Source of the DNA: Candidatus Aegiribacteria sp.
GTDB lineage: Bacteria > Fermentibacterota > Fermentibacteria > Fermentibacterales > JCC-6
DNA: 14,192 nt
Reading direction: 5' to 3'
Assembly: GCA_046498225.1 (NCBI GenBank)
Contig: JAWOBF010000122.1
Span: 1 to 14,192, forward strand
Below are positions 1-7,378 of this stretch, one piece after another (position 1 is the first letter of the stretch; each line of letters starts with the position of its first letter). A model generated the notes under the pieces. That model was not told the DNA's origin, did not search any database, and worked only from the letters and a program-made list of their open reading frames with translations. The position numbers and the translations under genes are program-made.

Positions 1-516
1 GCGCAGGATATCCAGCGGCTGTCCTATACCGCGCATTGGGTGGTCCCGATCCGGCTACCCTCGGGTCCGCTGCAGCTGCTGGCCTTTCACGCCACGCCGC
101 CGGTCTTCGACGGGCCGGAGGATGCCAACGGGCGGCGCAATCATGACGAGATCCGCTTCTGGCAGCTTTATCTTGACGGCGCGTTCGGTCCGGCGCCGAG
201 GACGCGGTTCGTGGTGATCGGCGACGCCAATCTCGACCCCGATCACAGCGACGGGCGACGCGGCGCGATCAGGCAACTGCTGGCCGACCCGCGCCTGCAG
301 GATCCGCGCCCCGCCCATGACGGCCCCGATGCGCCCCGCGCCACCGTCGACTGGGACCAGACAGGCCCCCGCCGCGTCAGCTACATCCTGCCCTCGACCG
401 ATCTGGAGGTCGCCGGTGCGGGCATCCACTGGCCGCCTGACGGCACGCCCGGGCGCGATGCGGCCGCGACCGCCAGCCATCACCGCCTCGTCTGGGTCGA
501 TCTCGCGCGCGACTGA
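1..516 (+). CDS. Endonuclease/exonuclease/phosphatase (EEP) family protein, 5'-truncated at the window edge
   Basis: Frame is open from base 1 (AQDIQRLSYTAHWVVPI...). Motifs HATPPVFDGPEDANGRRNHDE, GDANLDP and C-terminal ASHHRLVWVDL match the alphaproteobacterial EEP-family proteins I recognise. Stop TGA at 514-516. Confidence 0.85.
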   Translation, partial: AQDIQRLSYTAHWVVPIRLPSGPLQLLAFHATPPVFDGPEDANGRRNHDEIRFWQLYLDGAFGPAPRTRFVVIGDANLDPDHSDGRRGAIRQLLADPRLQDPRPAHDGPDAPRATVDWDQTGPRRVSYILPSTDLEVAGAGIHWPPDGTPGRDAAATASHHRLVWVDLARD

Positions 517-531
517 ACCGCGACTGAACCG
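508..531 (+). repeat. 11-bp tandem duplication (CGCGACTGAAC x2) spanning the EEP stop codon
   Basis: CGCGACTGAAC at 508-518 and 519-529, then CG; read directly from the sequence. Confidence 0.8.
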
Positions 532-615
532 TGCGGGTGGGCCGGCGCTTTCTTGACCCCGCTGCAGCGGCGCTATACGCCACGCGAAACAGTGTCACAG
601 CCAAGGATCGCGCCC

Positions 616-1443
616 ATGACCCCCCGTTCGCTTCTCATCCTGCCCGGTGACGGGATCGGCCCCGAAGTCATGGCCGAGGTCGCCCGCATCATCGACTGGT
701 TCGGGGACCGGCGCGGTCTCGCCTTCGAGGTGGCCGAGGATCTGGTCGGCGGCGCGGCCTATGACGCGCATGGCACGCCGCTGACGGATGCCACGATGGC
801 GCGTGCGCAAGCGGTCGACGCGGTGCTTCTGGGCGCGGTCGGCGGGCCGAAATACGACGATCTGGATTTTTCCGTGAAGCCCGAGCGCGGGCTGTTGCGC
901 CTGCGCAAGGAGATGGATCTTTTCGCCAATCTGCGCCCGGCGCAATGCTTTGACGCGCTCGCCGATTTCTCGTCGCTCAAGCGCGAGGTGGTCGCCGGGC
1001 TCGACATCGTGATCGTGCGCGAGCTGACCTCCGGGATCTATTTCGGCGAGCCGCGCGGCATCATCGAGGAGGGGGGCGAGCGCGTCGGCATCAACACGCA
1101 GCGCTACACCGAGACCGAGATCACCCGCGTGGCGCGCGCCGCCTTTGATCTGGCGCGCAAGCGCGGCGGCAAGCTCTGTTCGATGGAAAAGGCGAATGTC
1201 ATGGAATCGGGCGTGCTCTGGCGCGAAGTGGTCCAGAGCGTGCATGACGCCGAGTACCCGGATGTGGAGCTGTCGCACATGTATGCCGATGCCGGCGCGA
1301 TGCAGCTCACCCGCTGGCCAAAGCAGTTCGACGTGATCGTGACCGACAACCTGTTCGGCGATCTTCTCTCCGACCTCGCCGCGATGCTGACCGGGTCGCT
1401 TGGGAGGGCCGGGAAACCCTCCACATCATCCTGGGAACATTGA
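616..1443 (+). pseudogene. leuB: 3-isopropylmalate dehydrogenase, 3'-truncated at about 1404 (probably by an assembly junction)
   Basis: AAGGA SD at 603-607, ATG 616. Motifs [50 protein letters not shown] and [21 protein letters not shown] are present. The expected continuation MLPSAS...EPxHGSAPDIAG is absent; 12 unrelated codons follow, then TGA. Confidence 0.95.
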
Positions 1444-1499
1444 TACTCACCGCGGTCCCCATCTTCCTGGGCATCCTTCTGGAGAGGAGACCGGGCTAA
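1404..1499 (+). CDS. C-terminal fragment of an unrelated membrane protein (5' part missing at the junction)
   Basis: In a different frame from leuB, 1404-1499 reads [31 protein letters not shown]: one hydrophobic helix and a basic tail ending at TAA 1497-1499, then AT-rich intergenic DNA. Confidence 0.6.
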   Translation, partial: EGRETLHIILGTLILTAVPIFLGILLERRPG

Positions 1500-1741
1500 C
1501 CTTTCTTACCTTTACAGGTGCATTTATTCATTGATTTCATATATAGGGGATTTTTCGGGCAGAAGTCGTGACCATGCAAGGGATTCGGCATGTTGTCTGC
1601 ATGCTGAATCCTTCTTATTGTTGTATCCAACCCTTTCACCGGCGCGGATGCCGATGGCCCGGCCGCCACGGCTGCGACAATCCGGCCCGAGGGTATGAAG
1701 TGAACTGTGCGATCAGCGGACATGACTTTGAAGGAGGGCAA

Positions 1742-2587
1742 ATGATGAAGTGGGCAGCGCTGAGCCTTGGTGTGCTTCTGGTACTGACCGCGTGCGGTGG
1801 TGAGACGCAGGATGAGCAGGATGTTCCGGCAGAGGACAGCGGAGAGGAAACAACGGAAGCTCCCGTTGATGACGGTGGAGAAGATGTTGCGGTGGAAGTG
1901 GTCCTCTACCCGGAGGGCAGCGTCGACCCCGAAACGGTATCTCCGGACGTGGCGATACCTGCGGCTGACCTCTACAGGGAATTCTTCGCCTGGGACGGCA
2001 TGGAAGTGACGCTCGCGGGCTACCCCCATATCTGGTACGGCGACAGCGCCGTCGTGGAAAACGAGCTGAGCCTTGTCAGCAGCCCCGAGAGCACCGATGA
2101 AATAGTCACTGCCGAAACCGGACAGGATTCGGGCCGCGTGGTGTACCGCGGGGAGATAGTAGCTCTCAGGGGAACAACCGCCGCCGACTGGACCGGGCCG
2201 AGGCTGGAAGACGCCGTGTTCGTTGACCCTCCGGAAGACCTTCTGCCGGTGGAGACCAGTCCCCACGCCTACGCCGGGGAGCCCATTCCGGCCGATCAGT
2301 TCGTTGAGCTCTACAACACATGGCTTGGCAGGGAAGTCCTCGTTTCAGGCCACTACCATTCCACCACCACTTCCACCACCGATTACGGTGTAACGGTCAG
2401 GGTAGACCTTTCAGACCCCGATGATACCTATACCAAGCTCATCGGATGCGAGATGGCCGGGGAGATCCCCGAGGAAGTAAACGAAGCGATGGTGGCGAAC
2501 CGTTCGGGAGTACAGATAAGAGGGACAGTAAGCGGAAGCTCCTTCGGAATGGTAGAACTCGAGGACTGCGTTATCGTAAACAGGTAG
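1742..2587 (+). CDS. Lipoprotein with two tandem OB-fold-like (tRNA_anti-like) domains, 281 aa
   Basis: AAGGAGG SD at 1731-1737, ATG 1742 (the track start at 1568 is too far upstream). Lipobox LTA-C, acidic linker, then repeat units IPAADLYREFFAWDGMEVTLAG...LEDAVFV and IPADQFVELYNTWLGREVLVSG...LEDCVIV. The fold call is inference. Confidence 0.75.
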   Translation: MMKWAALSLGVLLVLTACGGETQDEQDVPAEDSGEETTEAPVDDGGEDVAVEVVLYPEGSVDPETVSPDVAIPAADLYREFFAWDGMEVTLAGYPHIWYGDSAVVENELSLVSSPESTDEIVTAETGQDSGRVVYRGEIVALRGTTAADWTGPRLEDAVFVDPPEDLLPVETSPHAYAGEPIPADQFVELYNTWLGREVLVSGHYHSTTTSTTDYGVTVRVDLSDPDDTYTKLIGCEMAGEIPEEVNEAMVANRSGVQIRGTVSGSSFGMVELEDCVIVNR

Positions 2588-2736
2588 GAACCGGGAGCGG
2601 AGTTCACGCTGTTCTGACCGGAAGCGCAGTCGTATCCATCTATTCCAGGACAGCTATCTTGCAGCCGATCTGGATATTATTGCGCTCAGCAGCCCGGAAC
2701 CGGTCGGGAATGCCCTCGGGCAGCTGGGATCCCACA

Positions 2737-2758
2737 GAGAAACGGGACGCTGTTTCTC
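2737..2758 (+). other. Stem-loop just upstream of the diguanylate cyclase start
   Basis: GAGAAACGG-GACG-CTGTTTCTC: 9-bp stem with one G-U pair, 21 nt before ATG 2780. Function unknown. Confidence 0.35.
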
Positions 2759-2779
2759 ACATTCTGGAAAGGATTTATA

Positions 2780-3805
2780 ATGCCGGGCCAAGATATCGTC
2801 CTCTCGATAGTCGAAACCGCCTGCGCCACCGAGAAGCTGGCCCGCGACCTCTACGCCAGGTTCGCGGAACTCTTCGAGGACCCGGACCTTTCGGAATTCT
2901 GGACTCGATTCAGCCGGGACGAGGGAGACCATCTCGACTTCTGGCAGGAGCTGATTCGTCAAAAGGGGCGCCTGAAGTTCTTCATGATCCTGGATAAGCC
3001 GGAGGAGCTTCTGGCAACGCTCGAGAGGGCGCGGGAGATGGCCTTCCGGATGGTGGAGTCCGCGAGCTCGGGCCGGGCGGGCTCGATATCCAGGAGCGAG
3101 GCGTTCCTGACTGCCTACAGGCTCGAGCTCCACATGCTGGACCCGGCGTTCCAGAGCCTCTTCCAGTCCCTGAGGTTCCTAATGGAGGACTTCGACCCCG
3201 CGGAAGCCTACGACTCTCACATAGACCGCTTCGTGGCAGGTCTCACCAGGTTCGGCTCCGACAAACTGGAGACCCAGCTCCTGGGCGAGACCCTGACCCG
3301 GCTCTGGACCGAGAACAAGAGACTTTCTTCCCTTGCGCTCCAGGACAGCCTCACCGGTGCCCTCAACAGAAGGGGTTTCATTACCCTCGGGGCACAGATA
3401 TGCTCATTGATGAGGCGGCGGGGCTCACAGGTGGGCGTAGTGATGCTGGACCTGGACAAATTCAAGAAGCTGAACGACACCCGGGGCCATCTTGCCGGCG
3501 ACAGAGCTCTGTCAGTTACGGTGCAGGTCCTTCGTGAGTCTCTCAGGGAATCGGACCTGGTAGGAAGGTACGGAGGGGACGAGTTCGTGGTTCTCCTGCC
3601 GGAGACGGAATCCACCGCCGCGGTTTCCGATAAGATGGTCAGCACGCTGAACGATACCCTGGACAAGGAGTTCGGGGTTACGGTTACCGCGGGTTCAGCG
3701 CAGGGCCATATCGACTGCGACCAGGTTTCCGAGTGCCTTCAGCGCCTTATCCACGCGGCCGACGACGAACTCTGCAGCAGGAAATCCTCGGCAAGGAGAC
3801 CGTGA
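2780..3805 (+). CDS. Diguanylate cyclase with N-terminal ferritin/rubrerythrin-like domain
   Basis: GGDEF domain: QDSLTGALNRR, MLDLDKFKKLNDTRGHLAGD, I-site RESD, RYGGDEF. N-terminal helical region has ferritin-like ligands ATEKLARDLY, DEGDH, RLELH and YDSH. AAGGA SD upstream. Confidence 0.9.
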   Translation: MPGQDIVLSIVETACATEKLARDLYARFAELFEDPDLSEFWTRFSRDEGDHLDFWQELIRQKGRLKFFMILDKPEELLATLERAREMAFRMVESASSGRAGSISRSEAFLTAYRLELHMLDPAFQSLFQSLRFLMEDFDPAEAYDSHIDRFVAGLTRFGSDKLETQLLGETLTRLWTENKRLSSLALQDSLTGALNRRGFITLGAQICSLMRRRGSQVGVVMLDLDKFKKLNDTRGHLAGDRALSVTVQVLRESLRESDLVGRYGGDEFVVLLPETESTAAVSDKMVSTLNDTLDKEFGVTVTAGSAQGHIDCDQVSECLQRLIHAADDELCSRKSSARRP

Positions 3806-3914
3806 CAGCTTATTATACATTCATGAACAGCGAAAAAGCTCTGAGGGAGTATTCCCGCTGGATCAGCACGGAGAAGGTTCACTATCTCCGGTAATAACTG
3901 AAGGAGGGTCAGAG

Positions 3915-4424
3915 ATGAAAAGGGTCACGCATCTGGTCATTCTAACGGCAGCACTGCTTATGGTCTTTACGGCCTGCGGCGGGAGCGGGACGGAAGAAGG
4001 CGGCGCCGCGAACAGCGGGAGCGGAACAACCGACCCCGATCAGCTGGCGGAGGAGATAGTTTCCCGTTACATGGAGTGCATGGACGAACTGAAGTCCATG
4101 GTGGAGGACAGGCCCGAACCCGATGTGCTGAAACCGCAGCTGGAGAATCTCGTAGATAGGTATTCCGGTGTATTTCTGGAGATCGGATACAGGGTGGATG
4201 AGAACGACTCCTCTACGGTTGACGATATCGGCAGAGCGGTGATGAATGAGCTTTACAGATACGACATACAGTGGCTCTCCGAAGCAAGCAGCCATTACCA
4301 CTCAATGGATACGGAACTCTCGGCCCTCCTCAGTGAGGTGAACATCATCACCCAGTACGCGTTCTTCGAACTGCTGGAGGACCAGAGGCCGGAAGAGGCC
4401 GAGAGGCTGGGTGTAGCCGACTGA
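3915..4424 (+). CDS. Hypothetical alpha-helical lipoprotein
   Basis: AAGGAGG SD at 3902-3908; signal MKRVTHLVILTAALLMVFTA-C, Gly/Ser linker and amphipathic helices. Confidence 0.8.
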   Translation: MKRVTHLVILTAALLMVFTACGGSGTEEGGAANSGSGTTDPDQLAEEIVSRYMECMDELKSMVEDRPEPDVLKPQLENLVDRYSGVFLEIGYRVDENDSSTVDDIGRAVMNELYRYDIQWLSEASSHYHSMDTELSALLSEVNIITQYAFFELLEDQRPEEAERLGVAD

Positions 4425-4536
4425 GCTTTCAGTATGCATGAAGGCCTTTGATTCAGGAGCTTGACTGCCGCTGAACCACCCTGTCGGCGGAAGCTTCTCC
4501 CCGGCGCGGAGTGAGCGGAAGGTACTCGAGTTTTAC

Positions 4537-4859
4537 TCAGGGGAGTGCGGGCGTGGTGGCCATCACCTCGTTGCTCCAGGACTTGCCCCCCTCGAGATAG
4601 CTGTAGGTAACCAGCGCGTAGTAGTAGGTAGCCTCCCAGTCCAGGCCTTCATCCCTGTAGGTCGTGTCGTCCTGGTCCGTTATCAGAGCGATTCTTGATC
4701 CTCCGTGGACCTGGTCCAGCTCAGGTCGATAGCATTGATGGTGTCCGCCTGGGCCGACAGGACTGAGGGGTCGGGAGAGTAGAGTTCGAAAGTCTGCGGG
4801 GAATCTCCGCAGGAAAGTACGAGTAGAGCAGCTATGCTCAAGATCACTACAATTTTCAA
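4537..4859 (-). pseudogene. Fibronectin type III-like lipoprotein interrupted by a frameshifting internal deletion
   Basis: GGGGGTGG SD and TTG at 4859 give MKIVVILSIAALLVLS-CGDSPQTFELYSPDPSVLSAQADTINAIDLSWTRSTED(QESL**), stop at 4685-4683. A second frame continues GSRIALITDQDDTTYRDEGLDWEATYYYALVTY...WSNEVMATTP. The two halves align by eye with the FN3 unit of the 8434-9522 gene. Confidence 0.75.
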
Positions 4860-5145
4860 GTTTCCACCCCCATAATGAATATATCATGTACAGAGTATAT
4901 GGTATCATCCTGAGAAACATGTTCCGACGGGTGTTCCATAGACCCCCTTGAAAGAACACTCCCGCAGAGTCCGCCCGGGAAGGCGTGCTGCAGACATTCA
5001 GGCTGCTGCACCAGTTCGACATTCCGCCGGGAGCTTCCCGTGTCCGCGGAACGGTAATCGCGGAAGAATCGCAGAGAATGCACGACAGGCCTGTTTGACC
5101 ATCGCTGAAACAGACGAATCATTTGACAAAAATCATATTTGTATT

Positions 5146-5174
5146 TTGACAAACAACTGACATATAGCCATATT
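5146..5174 (+). promoter_or_regulatory. Sigma70-like promoter, probably giving a leaderless transcript
   Basis: TTGACA (5146-5151), 17-bp spacer, CATATT (5169-5174). The expected +1 falls at about the A of ATG 5181, which has no SD. Confidence 0.55.
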
Positions 5175-5180
5175 TACTCT

Positions 5181-6209
5181 ATGAACAAAGATATGAAGTC
5201 CAGGATTCTCAAACTCCTCGAGTATATGGGACCTACGACCGGCGCGGAGCTGGCGCGCAGGCTTGGGACCACCAGACAGTCGGTCAACTATCATCTGAAA
5301 TCTCTGGTCAGTTCCGGGAAAGTTAGAAAAACAGGCCGGACACGGGGGACCCGGTACAGCATTCCGAAGAAGGCCGGCGGGCCGGAGAAACGGACTTGCA
5401 GCCGCACCTTCCATGTGGAAAAGGAAGACGAGGAGGAGGTTTTTGTCTATGTCTCCGCCTGTCTGGACCTCAGCAGGAGAGTGAACTTGAATGTATCTGA
5501 CATCTTCCATTACGCTCTCACCGAAATGGTCAACAACGTCATCGATCATTCCATGGCAGACAAAGGCCGGGTTACAGCTTCGATCGGACCTTACAGCTGC
5601 AGCTTCTCTGTAAGAGACAGGGGGATAGGGGCCTTCGAGTCCATCAGGCGTTCACACGGTCTGCACGACCTCGAAATGGCGGCGCTGGAAATCCTGAAGG
5701 GAAAGAAGACATCCGCTCCGGGCGAACACACCGGTGAGGGGATATTCTTCACCAGGCAATGCGCGGATTCATTCACCCTTGCGGCCAACGGGATACAGGT
5801 CCATTTTGAAAATTCCGGGTCCACTATCGAGAGGGTCCGCCGCACCAGGGGTACTCTGGTGGAGTTCGAAATATCCAGGTCCAGCAGCAGGACACTGCCC
5901 CGGGTATTTTCCGAGTACGCCCCGGAATCATTCGATTACACTTTCAGCAGGACCGTTGTCCATCTGCGCCTCTACTCGGACACCCTGCAGAGCCGGTCAC
6001 TTGCCCGCAGAGTGACGGCGGGGGTTAGTGACTTCAGAGAAGTCGTGCTGGACTTCGAGGGGGTAAGGAGCGTGGGTCAGGGATTCGCTGACGAGATATT
6101 CAGGGTCTTCTCCGCCTCACACCCCGATGTGAAGCTGGTGACGAAGAACATCGACCCGGTGCTCAGACCCATGATAAGGCATGTCACCAAAGAGGGCCGA
6201 GCCGACTGA
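5181..6209 (+). CDS. wHTH + HATPase_c + DUF4325 (STAS-like) regulator
   Basis: wHTH GAELARRLGTTRQSVNYHLKSLVSSGKV; GHKL motifs TEMVNNVIDHS, VRDRGIG and GEGIFF; C-terminal SRSLARRV...VVLDFEGVRSVGQGFADEIF as in DUF4325. Start moved from 5139 to ATG 5181. Confidence 0.85.
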   Translation: MNKDMKSRILKLLEYMGPTTGAELARRLGTTRQSVNYHLKSLVSSGKVRKTGRTRGTRYSIPKKAGGPEKRTCSRTFHVEKEDEEEVFVYVSACLDLSRRVNLNVSDIFHYALTEMVNNVIDHSMADKGRVTASIGPYSCSFSVRDRGIGAFESIRRSHGLHDLEMAALEILKGKKTSAPGEHTGEGIFFTRQCADSFTLAANGIQVHFENSGSTIERVRRTRGTLVEFEISRSSSRTLPRVFSEYAPESFDYTFSRTVVHLRLYSDTLQSRSLARRVTAGVSDFREVVLDFEGVRSVGQGFADEIFRVFSASHPDVKLVTKNIDPVLRPMIRHVTKEGRAD

Positions 6210-6214
6210 TATAC

Positions 6215-6230
6215 ACTTACGAAAGTAAGT
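6215..6230 (+). other. Perfect hairpin/palindrome ACTTAC-GAAA-GTAAGT right after the regulator stop codon
   Basis: 6-bp stem with a GNRA tetraloop at 6215-6230. No clear U tract, so it could be an RNA end structure or a DNA operator. Confidence 0.45.
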
Positions 6231-6237
6231 TCGCTCC

Positions 6238-6255
6238 TTTGACAAAGGTTTGACA
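6238..6255 (+). repeat. TTTGACAAA-GG-TTTGACA tandem motif, mirroring 5145-5162
   Basis: TGACA cores are 11 bp apart, as in TTTGACAAA-CA-ACTGACA upstream of the same gene. Confidence 0.6.
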
Positions 6256-6456
6256 CCAGGTCGGGCATCCGGCGCACATAGGCCCTGGATGGATTATCGG
6301 ACCGCAGAGCCGCCCCGGCGACATCTCTTCAGGCGTGATAAAGACCAGTTTACGAAGACCGCCGCTGGCCGGGCAGCGATGAATGAAATATTATGGCCCT
6401 GATGCTGTATCAATGACGCACTCATATGATGTGAATACCAGGGAATGGAGAAAGCC

Positions 6457-7368
6457 ATGTTTGAGCTGCTCTTTGCCGCGGCACTGATGGATACCGTTAT
6501 CGCGCATCCGGTTGAGGAATATGTCGAAGTGCATGAATGGGGCGTGGTCACCTTTTCGCAGGAAAGCGTGGTCTTAGGGGCCGACCCGGGAACCGACCCC
6601 CATGCTGCCGCAATCCCCCCCGACCAGTGGGAAGAACCCGTAGTCAGAGCCCCGGTGGTGTATTTCTACGGGAAGCCCTTCAGCGGCGTTTTCACCGTTA
6701 ACACCATCGCCGGCAGCTTCATAGAGCTCTACCCTGAACCCGAGATCCTCACGGACACCCCCCCTATGCCGGAATTCTCTGCCACCGCCCGGTGGCGCAT
6801 AGCCACCGCCGGCCCGCATTCCGGGGAAAGAGAACTCTCCACCATGGACAGAAGACCCGCCACATGCGTGTCTCCGGACCTGCTGGAACTCTGGCGGGTA
6901 CCCCCTTCCATGCTGCTGGAGTTCAGCGACGGTTCCTCCGAGGAATTCGTTTACTACGAGTGCAGGCTGAACAACTGGCCGGAACAGGAATACCATCCTG
7001 TTACGCTAACCGATGAGGGTCCGGCCCTGGACCCCGGCTGGGACGGCGAGGTGCTGAGGTTCGTCAGGTCCGGGGATTCTGTTCTGCTGGAGCTACATGC
7101 CGAAGACGGTACGGAGGCGGTGGAACCCTCGGATGTTCCCGGCCTGCTGTGCCGGTGGGCCGGCGGCACGATGAAATCCCAGGAGCTGGACGCCATGTGG
7201 AAGACATGGGAGGACTGGGTGATGGACGGCGAGTGGAGCGGGGACACACTTGATGTCTTCACCCTCCCGCTCAGCACGGTGCAGAATATTTCCACCATTC
7301 AACTGGAGACCGATGAATACATGCGCGTGGAATACAGAAGGTTCTTTTTGGGACTGATAAGCAGGTAA
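6457..7368 (+). CDS. Hypothetical protein with VHEWG and APVVYFY motifs, possibly exported
   Basis: GGAG SD at 6447-6450, ATG 6457; short hydrophobic N-terminus; EVHEWG, RAPVVYFY and C-terminal YRRFFLG resemble an uncharacterised family I recognise only loosely. Confidence 0.7.
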   Translation: MFELLFAAALMDTVIAHPVEEYVEVHEWGVVTFSQESVVLGADPGTDPHAAAIPPDQWEEPVVRAPVVYFYGKPFSGVFTVNTIAGSFIELYPEPEILTDTPPMPEFSATARWRIATAGPHSGERELSTMDRRPATCVSPDLLELWRVPPSMLLEFSDGSSEEFVYYECRLNNWPEQEYHPVTLTDEGPALDPGWDGEVLRFVRSGDSVLLELHAEDGTEAVEPSDVPGLLCRWAGGTMKSQELDAMWKTWEDWVMDGEWSGDTLDVFTLPLSTVQNISTIQLETDEYMRVEYRRFFLGLISR

Positions 7369-7378
7369 GAGGTTTCGA

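Noticed and set aside
370..500. Altered EEP motifs (RVSY for RVDY, SHH for SDH) as a sign of a dead enzyme
   Set aside because: As far as I recall, this alphaproteobacterial subfamily varies at these positions; it cannot be judged without an alignment.
1568..1741. Cys-rich N-terminal extension of the OB-fold lipoprotein
   Set aside because: The strong SD and lipoprotein signal start at 1742; the extension is translated intergenic DNA.
2690..2770. c-di-GMP-I riboswitch upstream of the GGDEF gene (contains GGGACGC)
   Set aside because: The GCAAA and GNRA/receptor architecture is missing; only isolated hairpins are present. An Infernal/Rfam scan would settle it.
4680..4685. TGA in the FN3 pseudogene as a second selenocysteine site
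   Set aside because: It is followed immediately by TAA, and homology continues in a different frame, so this is a frameshift.
4875..5090. Possible ncRNA in the divergent intergenic region (imperfect stem GTGCTGCAG...CTGCTGCAC near 4985-5011) and ORFs 4856-5152 and 4948-5160
   Set aside because: No recognisable RNA family, the stems are within chance for GC-rich DNA, and the ORFs lack SDs and protein-like composition.
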